From NCBI GenBank assembly GCA_022574775.1, contig JACZRI010000003.1:34308-98307 (forward strand): a DNA stretch of 64,000 nucleotides, given 5' to 3'. Below, one piece after another: positions 9,083 to 19,227 of this stretch (position 1 is its first letter; every line of letters begins with the position of its first letter). The position numbers were made by a program, and so were the translations under genes. A model generated the notes under the pieces. That model made no database searches and had not been told where the DNA came from. It worked only from the letters and a program-made list of their open reading frames with translations. Origin of the DNA: Patescibacteria group bacterium (GTDB lineage: Bacteria > Patescibacteriota > Minisyncoccia > Minisyncoccales > RBG-13-36-15).

Positions 9083-11551
9083 ATGAAACTTTTGTCTAAG
9101 ATTTTTAAAGACCCAAATGATGCTTATCTAAAGAAATTACAGCCCGTGATCGAGAGTATAAACAACCTCGAAAGAGAATTCGAGGATTTTTCTAACGAGA
9201 AACTGAAAGAAAAAACTTTGGAATTAAAGGAGAGACTGAAGAAAGGAGAAACCTTAGACGACCTATTGCCAGAAGCTTTCGCTTTAGTGAGAGAAGCTGC
9301 GAAACGAACCCTTGACCAAAGGCATTTTGATGTCCAGTTGATTGGAGGAATTGTTTTGTATCAAGGAAAAGTAGCTGAAATGAAAACCGGTGAGGGAAAG
9401 ACTTTAGCAGCTACCCTGCCATTATATCTTAACGCTTTGGCGGAGAATGGATGTCATTTGGTTACTGTTAATGACTATTTGGCCAAAAGGGACACTGTGT
9501 GGATGGGTCAGATATACGAAGCTGTTGGCATTTCGGTTGGCTGTATTGTGCACGATGCAGCTTTTTTATATGATTTGAACTATCAGCAATCAACAGCGAA
9601 TGATCAACAATCACAAGATCAAGAACGAGATACCTTAGGTTCTTTTAAAGTTATTGAAAGTTATTTAAGGCCGGTTTCAAGGAAAGATGCATATACAGCG
9701 GATATTACTTACGGCACCAATAATGAATTTGGTTTTGATTATTTGCGAGACAATATGGCTTATGACTTATCACAACTGGCGCAGAGGGGCTTTCATTACG
9801 CGATTGTTGACGAGGTTGACTCAATTTTAATTGACGAAGCAAGGACGCCTCTTATTATTTCTGCTCCAGACAAAGAGGCTTCCAAAATGTACACAGAATT
9901 TTCTAGAATTACCCCAAATCTTAAAGAAAATTCTAATTATGTCATTGATGAGAAACAACGAGTGGTTACTTTGACTGAAGAAGGAATTGATAAAGTAGAG
10001 AAAATTTTAGGATTAGAGAATATATATCAGGAAAAGGGAATAAGATATCTGCATCATTTAGAACAAGCCATAAGGGCCGACTTTCTATTTAAGAGAGATA
10101 AAGATTATGTTGTGAAAGATGGCCAAGTGATTATTATAGACGAATTTACAGGAAGGTTGATGCCCGGAAGAAGGTGGTCAGGAGGGCTTCATCAGGCAAT
10201 TGAGGCAAAAGAAGGGGTGAATGTTCAGCCAGAGTCTCTGACATTAGCTTCCATTACCTTTCAAAACTATTTTAGGCTCTATAAGAAAATAGCCGGCATG
10301 ACAGGAACAGCTCTTACTTCAGCAGAAGAGCTTGATAAGGTATATGGTTTGGATGTAATTCCTATTCCTACTCATAAACCAATGGTCAGAGTTGACTCTC
10401 CAGACAAAGTGTATAAAACAGAAAAAGGAAAATTTAAAGCAATCATTCAGGAAATAAAAGAAAAACACCAGAAAGGCCAGCCCGTTTTGATTGGGACAAG
10501 GTCGGTTGAGAGGAATGAATATTTAGGAAAATTATTGGAAAAAGAAGGGGTTCCTCACCAGATTTTAAATGCAAAAAATCATGAAAGGGAGGGAGAAATT
10601 ATTGCCCAGACTGGAAAGTTGGGAACTGTGACTGTGGCTACGAATATGGCAGGAAGGGGCGTGGATATTATTCTGGGAGGTAATCCCCGAGACCTTGAGC
10701 TGAGTAGAAGGGTTATTGAGCTAGGTGGTCTCCATGTGGTTGGTACAGAAAGACATGAGGCAAGAAGAATAGATGATCAGCTTCGGGGCAGATCAGGGAG
10801 GCAGGGAGATCCAGGATCCAGTCAATTTTTTGTTTCCCTGGAAGATGAATTATTGAGAGTATTTGGAGGAGATAAGATTAAGTCCTTAATGGGTTTTTTA
10901 AAGATTCCTGAAGACCAGCCAATTGAAGCTAATATGATTTCTTCAGCTATTGAACAGGCCCAGTCAAAAATTGAAGGCTTTAATTTTGATGTCAGAAAGC
11001 ATGTCTTGGAATATGACGATGTTTTAAATAAGCACAGAGGAGTTATTTATAAAAAAAGGAGAGAAGTGCTGAAAAAATCCCAAATCTTAGATTCCAGAGA
11101 CCAAAATAGCTTGAAGTTTTACGTTTTGGAGATAGTGAAAAAACAAGGGTATACAGAAGAAGATTATACAAAAAAGGAAAAAGAGCTGGGAGAAAAGAAC
11201 ATGCGTCAGATTGAAAAAGTAGTGGTTTTGCGGACTTTAGATATGTTATGGATGGATCATCTGGAAAATATGGATAGCCTGAGAGATTCCGTGAGGCTGA
11301 GGGCTTACGGTCAGCAAGATCCTTTAATGGAATATAAAAACGAGGGCCACAAAATGTTCCAGAACCTTTTAAGGATAATGGAGTCGAGTATTGCGCACAC
11401 AATTTTTAAGGCGCAGATTGCTCAACAACCAGCTCAACCTTCTTTTGCTGTACAGTCAGGTTCTCCCACACCTAACTCTAAAAAAATCGGCAGAAACGAC
11501 CCTTGTCCTTGTGGTTCCGGGAAAAAATATAAAAAATGTCATGGGAAATAG
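9083..11551 (+). CDS. secA: Preprotein translocase ATPase SecA
   Basis: MKTGEGKT, VDEVDSILIDEARTPLII, GRSGRQGDPG, C-terminal GRNDPCPCGSGKKYKKCHG; probable ATG 9083. Confidence 0.98.
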   Translation: MKLLSKIFKDPNDAYLKKLQPVIESINNLEREFEDFSNEKLKEKTLELKERLKKGETLDDLLPEAFALVREAAKRTLDQRHFDVQLIGGIVLYQGKVAEMKTGEGKTLAATLPLYLNALAENGCHLVTVNDYLAKRDTVWMGQIYEAVGISVGCIVHDAAFLYDLNYQQSTANDQQSQDQERDTLGSFKVIESYLRPVSRKDAYTADITYGTNNEFGFDYLRDNMAYDLSQLAQRGFHYAIVDEVDSILIDEARTPLIISAPDKEASKMYTEFSRITPNLKENSNYVIDEKQRVVTLTEEGIDKVEKILGLENIYQEKGIRYLHHLEQAIRADFLFKRDKDYVVKDGQVIIIDEFTGRLMPGRRWSGGLHQAIEAKEGVNVQPESLTLASITFQNYFRLYKKIAGMTGTALTSAEELDKVYGLDVIPIPTHKPMVRVDSPDKVYKTEKGKFKAIIQEIKEKHQKGQPVLIGTRSVERNEYLGKLLEKEGVPHQILNAKNHEREGEIIAQTGKLGTVTVATNMAGRGVDIILGGNPRDLELSRRVIELGGLHVVGTERHEARRIDDQLRGRSGRQGDPGSSQFFVSLEDELLRVFGGDKIKSLMGFLKIPEDQPIEANMISSAIEQAQSKIEGFNFDVRKHVLEYDDVLNKHRGVIYKKRREVLKKSQILDSRDQNSLKFYVLEIVKKQGYTEEDYTKKEKELGEKNMRQIEKVVVLRTLDMLWMDHLENMDSLRDSVRLRAYGQQDPLMEYKNEGHKMFQNLLRIMESSIAHTIFKAQIAQQPAQPSFAVQSGSPTPNSKKIGRNDPCPCGSGKKYKKCHGK

Positions 11552-12032
11552 AAACCAATATCTGCACGAAGTAGTAATTACAGCAATTATTATAAAAGAT
11601 GGTAAATACCTTATTACAAGGCGTTCTCCGAACAAAAAAAGATTTCCCGGGATGTGGACGGTGCCTGGAGGAAAGATGGAAACAAGTGACTACCTTCAGT
11701 TATCGAAAGATACAGAACACTATTGGTACAATGTTCTCGAGCGGACATTACGGCGAGAGGTAAAGGAAGAAGTGGGAATTGATATTGATAATATTGAGTA
11801 TGTAACGAGTCTTGCAACTATTCATGATGATGGAAGCCCGTCTCTTGTGATATCATGTATGGCAGATTATGTCTCGGGCGATATCAAACTTCAGGAGAAA
11901 GAATCAGATCAATTTGCCTGGGTTGATTTGGAAGGAGCTAAAAAGTACAACCTTATTGACGGAATCTATGATGAGTTTGTAATGGTTGAGAATAAAAGGA
12001 AAGGCAAGAAAACGGAATGGAAAAGATTTTAG
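11541..12032 (+). CDS. NUDIX hydrolase
   Basis: PGGKME...RREVKEEVGI with an insert in the Nudix box; ATG 11541 overlaps the secA end. Confidence 0.85.
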   Translation: MGNRNQYLHEVVITAIIIKDGKYLITRRSPNKKRFPGMWTVPGGKMETSDYLQLSKDTEHYWYNVLERTLRREVKEEVGIDIDNIEYVTSLATIHDDGSPSLVISCMADYVSGDIKLQEKESDQFAWVDLEGAKKYNLIDGIYDEFVMVENKRKGKKTEWKRF

Positions 12033-12038
12033 AATAAT

Positions 12039-12554
12039 ATGCCAGCTGAAAAAATAAGCTTACAAAATGCAAAAGAAAATAAGTTATTCTATTTTGTTGC
12101 AAATGTGGTAGTATACCGGGAAAAAGATTCGCGTTGTTTAATTTTAAAGAGAAGCGAACATGAAATTGTCCATCCCGGGAAATACGGAGTCATAGGAGGG
12201 AAACTAGAGTGGAAAGATTTAGATTTAGAGAACCCCACACGCATTCATGGAGATGTTCTTGATTATGAAGCAGCTATTGAAAAGTTATTGGTCAGGGAAG
12301 CAAAAGAAGAAGCAGGGATAGAGATAGAGCCTCAGCTTCTTTACGTAAACAGTGTTGCTTTTATCAGGCCTGATGAAGTTCCTGTGGTAATGGTAAAATT
12401 TGCTGCAAAATATAAAGGAGGAGAAATAAAACTCCAGAGAGAAGCTTTTACCGATTATGCTTGGGTAAATGAAAATGAAGTAAAAAATTATAACTGCATA
12501 AAAGGCATCGCAGAAGAGATAGCAGCTACTATTAAAAAATTTCAATTAAAATAA
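12039..12554 (+). CDS. NUDIX hydrolase (paralog of upstream gene)
   Basis: GGKLE...REAKEEAGI. Confidence 0.85.
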   Translation: MPAEKISLQNAKENKLFYFVANVVVYREKDSRCLILKRSEHEIVHPGKYGVIGGKLEWKDLDLENPTRIHGDVLDYEAAIEKLLVREAKEEAGIEIEPQLLYVNSVAFIRPDEVPVVMVKFAAKYKGGEIKLQREAFTDYAWVNENEVKNYNCIKGIAEEIAATIKKFQLK

Positions 12555-12556
12555 AA

Positions 12557-13966
12557 ATGTCAAAGAAAAACCTCTATTTTAGTCTTGCCTCTGTTCTTAT
12601 TTTGTTTTTCTTGGCTGCGAATTTAAGTTATCCAAAATATTTTAATCAAGGGGTAGATTTCATTAATTCTAAATTCCAGATTCAGGATTCAAAACTCAGA
12701 ATCCCGCATTTTCCAGAGATTCCATTCAAGTTAGGACTGGACTTGCAGGGAGGAAGCCATCTTTTATATGAGGCTGACTTGTCACAAATAGATCCCAAAG
12801 AGCAAGATTCTGCGATGGATGGTTTGAGGGATGTGATTGAAAGACGGGTCAACCTTTTTGGGGTTGCTGAACCGGTTGTTCAGATTCAGGAAGTGGGGGG
12901 GAGACTTGGGCTAATTGTAGAATTGGCAGGGATAAAAAATGTCGGAGAAGCCATTGAGATGATCGGAGAGACCCCCTATCTTGAATTTAAGGAACAGAGG
13001 TCAGAGGGTGAGACACAAAAAATCCTTGATAAACAAAAAGAAGTTGAGGGCAAGACTTCCGAAGAATTTCAACAAATTTCTGATTGGCAGTTGGCCTTTG
13101 AAGATCCTTATTTTAAAGCCACCTCTTTAACCGGGAAATACCTAGAAAAAGCAGAACTTAATTTTGACCCGACTACAAATGAACCATTAGTGTCGCTTTC
13201 CTTTGACGATGAAGGTTCAAAAATTTTTGAAGAACTGACCTCAAGAAATATCGGAAAACCTCTTCCAGTTTATGTTGATCAATTCCTAATTTCTGCCCCG
13301 GTTGTACAGGGAACTATTTCAGGCGGAAGGGCCCAAATTACAGGTAACTTTACTATTAATACGGCAAAAGAGTTAGCTAGGAATCTTAATGCGGGAGCTC
13401 TTCCGGTTCCAATTAATTTAATCTCTCAACAGACAGTAGGGCCAATTCTTGGCAAGATATCTCTGGAAAGGAGTTTGCGGGCAGGAATTTTCGGATTTTC
13501 AGCTGTTATTCTCTTTATGATTCTTTTTTATCGGTTGCCCGGAGTTTTAGCCTCTATATCCCTGCTTATTTATCTGACTTTTATTTTAGCCATTTTTAAG
13601 TTAATTCCCGTAACTTTAACTTTAGCAGGCATCGCGGGCTTAATTTTGTCAATTGGAATGGCAGTTGACGCGAATATTTTAATTTTTTCCAGAATGCGGG
13701 AAGAATTAAAAGAAGGCAAAGGTTTTTTAATCAGCGTAGAGGAAGGATTTCGAAGGGCTTGGTCTTCCATAAGAGACGGAAATTTTACCACATTAATTGT
13801 GGCTTTAATTTTATTTGGTTTTGGTACGAGTTTCGTTAAAGGATTCGCTTTAGTTTTAAGCTTGGGAGTCATTGTAAGCATGCTTTCTGCAATTTTCATT
13901 ACAAAAAATCTTCTCAAACTGTTTGTCAATACAAGGTTTGAAAAAATAAGTTGGCTGTGGAAATAA
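12557..13966 (+). CDS. secD: Protein translocase subunit SecD
   Basis: LGLDLQGG, GALPVP, GMAVDANIL, SIRDGNFTT. Confidence 0.97.
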   Translation: MSKKNLYFSLASVLILFFLAANLSYPKYFNQGVDFINSKFQIQDSKLRIPHFPEIPFKLGLDLQGGSHLLYEADLSQIDPKEQDSAMDGLRDVIERRVNLFGVAEPVVQIQEVGGRLGLIVELAGIKNVGEAIEMIGETPYLEFKEQRSEGETQKILDKQKEVEGKTSEEFQQISDWQLAFEDPYFKATSLTGKYLEKAELNFDPTTNEPLVSLSFDDEGSKIFEELTSRNIGKPLPVYVDQFLISAPVVQGTISGGRAQITGNFTINTAKELARNLNAGALPVPINLISQQTVGPILGKISLERSLRAGIFGFSAVILFMILFYRLPGVLASISLLIYLTFILAIFKLIPVTLTLAGIAGLILSIGMAVDANILIFSRMREELKEGKGFLISVEEGFRRAWSSIRDGNFTTLIVALILFGFGTSFVKGFALVLSLGVIVSMLSAIFITKNLLKLFVNTRFEKISWLWK

Positions 13967-13977
13967 TGAACTAATTT

Positions 13978-14015
13978 TATCCTTCGATAAACTCAGGACA
14001 CTTCGACTTGCTTGT
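13978..14015 (+). repeat. CCTTCGA-x-CTCAGG palindromic repeat between secD and secF
   Basis: tatccttcgataaactcaggacacttcgacttgcttg, near-identical to 25964-26000. Confidence 0.7.
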
Positions 14016-14052
14016 AGAAATTTACAGTTTTCAGCAACAAAATACAATAATT

Positions 14053-14946
14053 ATGAATTTCATTAGATATAGAAAAATTTATTACACTTTTTCTGGAATC
14101 CTTATTGCGGCAAGTCTCTTTGCTTTGTTTTTTTTCGGAGTTAACTTAGGAATTGATTTTACTGGAGGAAGCATCCTCGAAGTAGAATTTAATAACTCAA
14201 GACCATCTAACCAGAAAGTTCAAGAAGGATTGGCGAATCTTAATCTGGGATCTATCTATTTACAGACAACAGGTGAGAAAGGATTAATCTTGAGGCTGAA
14301 AACCATTGATGAAAGCGCCCATCAAGAGCTTATAGAAAGACTGAAAGAAGAAGGAGAATTTGCAGAGAAGCGATTTGAAGTGATAGGACCTGCTATCGGT
14401 CAGGAGCTACAGCAAAAAACTAAGACTCTAATAGCCCTTTCTCTGTTAGCTATAGTTTTGTATGTTGCGCTGTCTTTCAGAAGAATTTCTCGGCCTCTTC
14501 TTTCTTGGCACTACGGGCTGGTGACAGCTTTCGTTGCGCTTTTTCACAATATTTTAATTCCTTTAGGTGTCTTTTCTGTTTTAGGCGAGTTTTTAGAAAT
14601 TCAGATAACAATCCCTATCATTGTTGGTTTATTAACCGTTTTTGGTTATTCAATCAACGATACTATCGTTGTTTTTGATAGGATAAGAGAGAATCTTTTA
14701 AGAAGGAAAGGGATAACTTATGAAGACACGGTAAATCTAAGCTTGAACCAGACCTTTACCCGTTCTCTTAATACTTCCCTAACAACATTGTTTGTTTTGA
14801 TTTCTCTCTTCTTTTTCGGTGGTGAGAGCTTAAAATACTTTGCTTTAGTGCTGATTCTTGGGGTAACATTAGGAACTTATTCTTCAATATTTATTGCGAG
14901 CCCAATCTTAGTCAGTTGGCTTAATTTTAAACAGAAGAGAGGTTGA
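14053..14946 (+). CDS. secF: Protein translocase subunit SecF
   Basis: LGIDFTGG, GYSINDTIVVFDRIRE, RSLNTS, GTYSSIFIASP; ATG 14053. Confidence 0.97.
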   Translation: MNFIRYRKIYYTFSGILIAASLFALFFFGVNLGIDFTGGSILEVEFNNSRPSNQKVQEGLANLNLGSIYLQTTGEKGLILRLKTIDESAHQELIERLKEEGEFAEKRFEVIGPAIGQELQQKTKTLIALSLLAIVLYVALSFRRISRPLLSWHYGLVTAFVALFHNILIPLGVFSVLGEFLEIQITIPIIVGLLTVFGYSINDTIVVFDRIRENLLRRKGITYEDTVNLSLNQTFTRSLNTSLTTLFVLISLFFFGGESLKYFALVLILGVTLGTYSSIFIASPILVSWLNFKQKRG

Positions 14947-15049
14947 CTCTTCCTATGAAATCTGATATAAAAATGTAATATGATCCTTAAATATATTCAG
15001 GGTCATGATGAGGATTTCGACTGAGCCCAGCCGAAGTTTCTATCGAACC

Positions 15050-16093
15050 ATGAAAAACCATTTTAATTTCGCTAAAATATGCCAGGATTTTCTAAAAGAC
15101 CTTTCCGTTAGGCATAAAGAGGTAATTTTAAGGCGTTTTGGCTTTAAGTCTGGCAACAGGGAAACCTTGGAATTTATCGGGATGAACTACGGTATTACAA
15201 GAGAGAGGGTGCGTCAGATTGAAAAAGACAGTTTTATGAAAATGGAGCCAAAGATTAAAAAATATGAAAAAGTATTTACCTCTTTTGTGAACCATTTTAA
15301 GAAACACGGGGAGTTGAAGAGAGAAGATATTTTACTCTCTCAGTTAACAGACCCTCAATTTCATCCTCATCTCAACTTTCTCTTGTCATTACATTCACGG
15401 TTCTCTAGGTTTTCTGACAGCAAGGAATTTTATCCTCTCTGGACGATAAATAATAATTCTTTAAAATTGGCTCTGCAAGTCAACAATTTTTTAATTTCAA
15501 AATTTAAAGAAAAAGGAATACCTTTGCCTTTTCCAAAAGTTTTCGAGCTTTGTAAAAAAAACCCACTTGTGATAAAAAAGAATCTTAATTCTCCTGCTAT
15601 ATTGTCTTTTATTGAAGCCTCAAAGGGTATTGAGCAGGGAATGAACAACCTTTTTGGACTTAAGGGTTGGCCAGAAATTAACCCAAAAGGAGTAAAAGAT
15701 AAAGCTTTCTTAGTTCTGAAAAGAGAGAAAAAACCAGTTCATTTTAATACTATAGCTTCTCTCATTTCTAAATTACCATTACAGGAGGAACTTGAAGAAA
15801 AAAAAGAAGTTATCTCACAGACTGTCCATAATGAACTTATCAAGGATCCAAGGTTTGTGTTGGTTGGCAGAGGAATGTATGCTCTTCGCGAGTGGGGGTA
15901 TGAACCCGGAGTAGTCAAGGATATTATCGTCAGACTGTTAAAAGAAAAGGAAAGATCAATGACCAGAGAAGAAATTATTAAGAAAACTTTGCAGCAGAGA
16001 TTCGTTAAGGAGAGCACCATTTTATTCAATCTCCAAGACAAAGGATATTTTTTAAAGAATTCTGATGGAAAATATACTTTAAGAAAAATATAA
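15050..16093 (+). CDS. Sigma70 region-4 HTH plus winged-helix (HARE-HTH/RNAP delta-like) protein
   Basis: RRFG..RETLE.IG..YGITRERVRQIE; QTVHNELIKDPRFVLVGRGMYAL; lacks sigma region 2. Confidence 0.75.
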   Translation: MKNHFNFAKICQDFLKDLSVRHKEVILRRFGFKSGNRETLEFIGMNYGITRERVRQIEKDSFMKMEPKIKKYEKVFTSFVNHFKKHGELKREDILLSQLTDPQFHPHLNFLLSLHSRFSRFSDSKEFYPLWTINNNSLKLALQVNNFLISKFKEKGIPLPFPKVFELCKKNPLVIKKNLNSPAILSFIEASKGIEQGMNNLFGLKGWPEINPKGVKDKAFLVLKREKKPVHFNTIASLISKLPLQEELEEKKEVISQTVHNELIKDPRFVLVGRGMYALREWGYEPGVVKDIIVRLLKEKERSMTREEIIKKTLQQRFVKESTILFNLQDKGYFLKNSDGKYTLRKI

Positions 16094-16094
16094 G

Positions 16095-17384
16095 ATGCCA
16101 TTCGAAGATCTTTTGCAGGTTTTAAAGCCGGAACAATTGGCTTTTATCTGGGATATCGTAAAAAATTGGATCTGGGTACCCTTAGCCATTTTGTTTTTTT
16201 ATTTAACTGTCACTTTATACCTCTTTTTGATTAGAGAAAGATGGCTTTCTAGGACGAAATGGATAACACTGGAGATTAAGATCCCCAAGGAGATTTTAAA
16301 GCCAATAAAGGCTATGGAAAACGTTTTCTCCAATCTTTGGGCAATTTATGATCCAGCCAATCCTCGGGAGAGGTGGCTGGAAGGGAAAGTTCCTCTTTCT
16401 ATCTCCTGTGAAATCGTAAGCATTGATGGAGAACCGCATTTTTATATCAGAGTGCCAATAAAATTTCAGCCCTTAGTGGAATCTGCAATTTATTCTCAGT
16501 ATGCTGATGTTGAAATTTCTGTAGTTGATGATTATACAAAATATGTGCCTTTGGATATTCCGAACAAAGATTGGGAAATGTGGGGAACAGACTATATTTT
16601 AAACAAACCCGATTCTTATCCGATTAAAACGCATCCTTTTTTTGAGTTAGAGAGAGAAATAAAAGAAGAAAAAAGGGTTGATCCGATGTCTTTTCTCTTA
16701 GAGGGATTATCAAAGCTTGGGCCGGGAGAACAGCTATGGGTTCAAATTACAGCCGTTCCTGTTACAAACTTAGAGAATAATTGGGTGAGCAGGGGAGAAA
16801 AAATCAGAGATAAATTAGCAAAGCGTATCTTACAGGACGCCCCCAAACCCTTAATACAAGAAGCAGCTGAAGTTTTAATCTCAGGCCCTCCTGTTCCTTC
16901 TGCAGAAAAAGAAATATTTCCTCCTGAGATGAGGCTTACTCCTGGGGAAAGGGATGTAATTGTGGGAGTGGAAAATAAAATTGGGAAACACGGTTTTGAA
17001 ACAAACATCAGATTTATTTATTTGGCAAAAAGAGATGTTTATTTTCCTCCAAATTTCAGATCTGTTATGGGGTTTTTTGCATCTTTTGCAACTCAGAATC
17101 TTAACGCCTTAAGACCTTGGACGAATACTATAACTAAAATTCATACTCTACTCTTTTGGTTTCTGGATAAGAGAAGGCTTTATATAAGAAAAAGAAGGAT
17201 GTTCAGGAACTATATAAGAAGATTCTCGCCTCTTTTTCCAAGGCGGGGTGGGACTTATGTTTTAAATATTGAAGAATTAGCCACTTTATTTCATTTCCCA
17301 AGCAAGATAGTAGCACCTGCCCCGACTCTTCCCAGAGTAGAAGTTAAAAAAAGAGAAGCCCCTCCTGGATTACCTACAGAATAA
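16095..17384 (+). CDS. Membrane-anchored hypothetical protein preceding the VirD4-like ATPase
   Basis: N-terminal TM, LEIKIPKE, SAIYSQY, EELATLFHFP. Confidence 0.7.
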   Translation: MPFEDLLQVLKPEQLAFIWDIVKNWIWVPLAILFFYLTVTLYLFLIRERWLSRTKWITLEIKIPKEILKPIKAMENVFSNLWAIYDPANPRERWLEGKVPLSISCEIVSIDGEPHFYIRVPIKFQPLVESAIYSQYADVEISVVDDYTKYVPLDIPNKDWEMWGTDYILNKPDSYPIKTHPFFELEREIKEEKRVDPMSFLLEGLSKLGPGEQLWVQITAVPVTNLENNWVSRGEKIRDKLAKRILQDAPKPLIQEAAEVLISGPPVPSAEKEIFPPEMRLTPGERDVIVGVENKIGKHGFETNIRFIYLAKRDVYFPPNFRSVMGFFASFATQNLNALRPWTNTITKIHTLLFWFLDKRRLYIRKRRMFRNYIRRFSPLFPRRGGTYVLNIEELATLFHFPSKIVAPAPTLPRVEVKKREAPPGLPTE

Positions 17385-17616
17385 TCGCTAGTTGCAAGCC
17401 TTCAAAGTTCCCAATTGTTTCAGACCCCAGCGTTTTGGGGTAATCTACGTCCTCCCCGGTTTTTTAAGCGAATAGAAGGGAATAAAGAGATATCCTCAAA
17501 TACTTATTATTGCGTAGTTTAAATGAGAATAGAAGGCGGGGTCTAAGAGTTACTTTGAAAACTTACCCCTCGCTTAAAGGTTTCGTAATTCGCATAAATT
17601 CATAATTCATAAGAGT

Positions 17617-19227
17617 ATGAATAAAGAAATAACACTTTTTGCAGAAACTACTTTCAGGAATTTGAGAAAGAAGTTTGGAATTAAGCTTGATGATAGAAGG
17701 AGACATGTTTATATCATAGGAAAAACCGGGATGGGAAAAACCGTGTTGCTTGAAAATATGATAATTCAAGATATTCAGCAGGGCAAAGGAGTAGGTTTTG
17801 TTGATCCTCATGGGGAGGCTGCGGAAGGATTGCTTGATTTCATTCCCTCCAACAGGATTAATGATGTAATTTATTTTAACCCTGCTGATCTGGAACATCC
17901 CATCGCTTTTAATATTATGGAGAAAGTGGATGTTGAGCATCGTCATTTGGTCGCAGGAGGATTAATGGGAGTTTTTAAAAAAATCTGGCCAGACGTCTGG
18001 TCAGCAAGAATGGAATACATTTTGAATAATTGTATTTTGGCTCTTTTGGAATACCCGGACTCAACCTTACTCGGAGTAAACCGGATGTTGGCCGATCCTG
18101 ATTATCGAAAAAAAGTCGTGGAAAAAGTTACAGATCCTATGGTAAAATCATTCTGGCTTCAAGAGTTTGCTAGGTATACTCAACGCTACGAGGTGGAGGC
18201 AACAGCTGCTATCCAGAATAAAGTCGGACAATTCATTTCAGCTCCTTTAATCAGAAATATTATTGGCCAGGTCAAGTCCACACTTGATATGAGGGATATT
18301 ATGGATAAAGGCAAAATTTTAATTTTGAATTTATCCAAAGGAAGAATAGGAGAAGATAATTCTCGGTTATTGGGGGCTCTTTTAATAACTAAATTGCAGT
18401 TAGCTGCTATGTCCCGCGTAGATGTACCAGAGGATGAGCGAAGAGATTTTTTTCTTTATGTTGATGAATTTCAGAATTACGCAACAGAGTCTTTCGTTAA
18501 TATTTTATCTGAAGCAAGGAAATATAGATTGTCCTTGATTTTGGCTCATCAGTACATTACCCAGATGGAGGAAACAGTAAGAGACGCAGTATTTGGAAAC
18601 GTGGGAACTATTATCGCTTTTCGGGTGGGAGCAGAAGATGCAGAATTTTTAGAAAAAGAATTTGTTCCTGAATTTACTGCCCAGGATCTAGTTAATTTAG
18701 CCAAATATAATATTTATTTAAAGCTGATGATTGATGGAATAGCAGGCTCTCCATTTTCTGCAGGGACTTTTCCTCCTTTTCCAAAGCTAGAGCATTCAAA
18801 TAGAGAGAAAATTATCAAGGCATCTAGGGAGAGATATGGGACGAAAAAAGAATTGGTAGAAGAGAAAATTATCAGATGGACAGGTATTGTAAACTCACTT
18901 CCACCCACTTCCGCCCAGACTGTTCTTTACGATGCAAAATGCTCACAATGCGGGAAACAGACAAAGGTTGTTTTTCCTCCAGATGGAGTGAGGCCTACTT
19001 ATTGTAAATCCTGCCGGAATAAAATGAAAAAAAGTGAGGCGCAAAGAGAGAGTGGAGAAGCTTCTATTTCTTTTAAGGAAGCCTTGAAAAAAGAACCAAC
19101 CTCTTTTTCTCCCAGAAAATTAAACAGAGAACCTTTTAAGAAAAGAAAAAACGTTAATGTAGAGGAATTAAAGAAAACATTAGATGAAATCTTAGAAAAA
19201 AGAGAAAATAAAGATTCCCAACAATGA
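17617..19227 (+). CDS. VirD4/TraD/HerA-like coupling ATPase with C-terminal CxxC-x17-CxxC zinc ribbon
   Basis: Walker A GKTGMGKT, DPHGE, YVDEFQN, SEARKY, HQYITQ; CSQC...CKSC. Confidence 0.85.
   Translation: MNKEITLFAETTFRNLRKKFGIKLDDRRRHVYIIGKTGMGKTVLLENMIIQDIQQGKGVGFVDPHGEAAEGLLDFIPSNRINDVIYFNPADLEHPIAFNIMEKVDVEHRHLVAGGLMGVFKKIWPDVWSARMEYILNNCILALLEYPDSTLLGVNRMLADPDYRKKVVEKVTDPMVKSFWLQEFARYTQRYEVEATAAIQNKVGQFISAPLIRNIIGQVKSTLDMRDIMDKGKILILNLSKGRIGEDNSRLLGALLITKLQLAAMSRVDVPEDERRDFFLYVDEFQNYATESFVNILSEARKYRLSLILAHQYITQMEETVRDAVFGNVGTIIAFRVGAEDAEFLEKEFVPEFTAQDLVNLAKYNIYLKLMIDGIAGSPFSAGTFPPFPKLEHSNREKIIKASRERYGTKKELVEEKIIRWTGIVNSLPPTSAQTVLYDAKCSQCGKQTKVVFPPDGVRPTYCKSCRNKMKKSEAQRESGEASISFKEALKKEPTSFSPRKLNREPFKKRKNVNVEELKKTLDEILEKRENKDSQQ

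Noticed and set aside
15005-15049. N-terminal extension of the sigma-like protein, or a riboswitch
   Set aside because: Contains a CTGAG/CGAAG repeat; ATG 15050 is the more plausible start, and no riboswitch consensus is satisfied.
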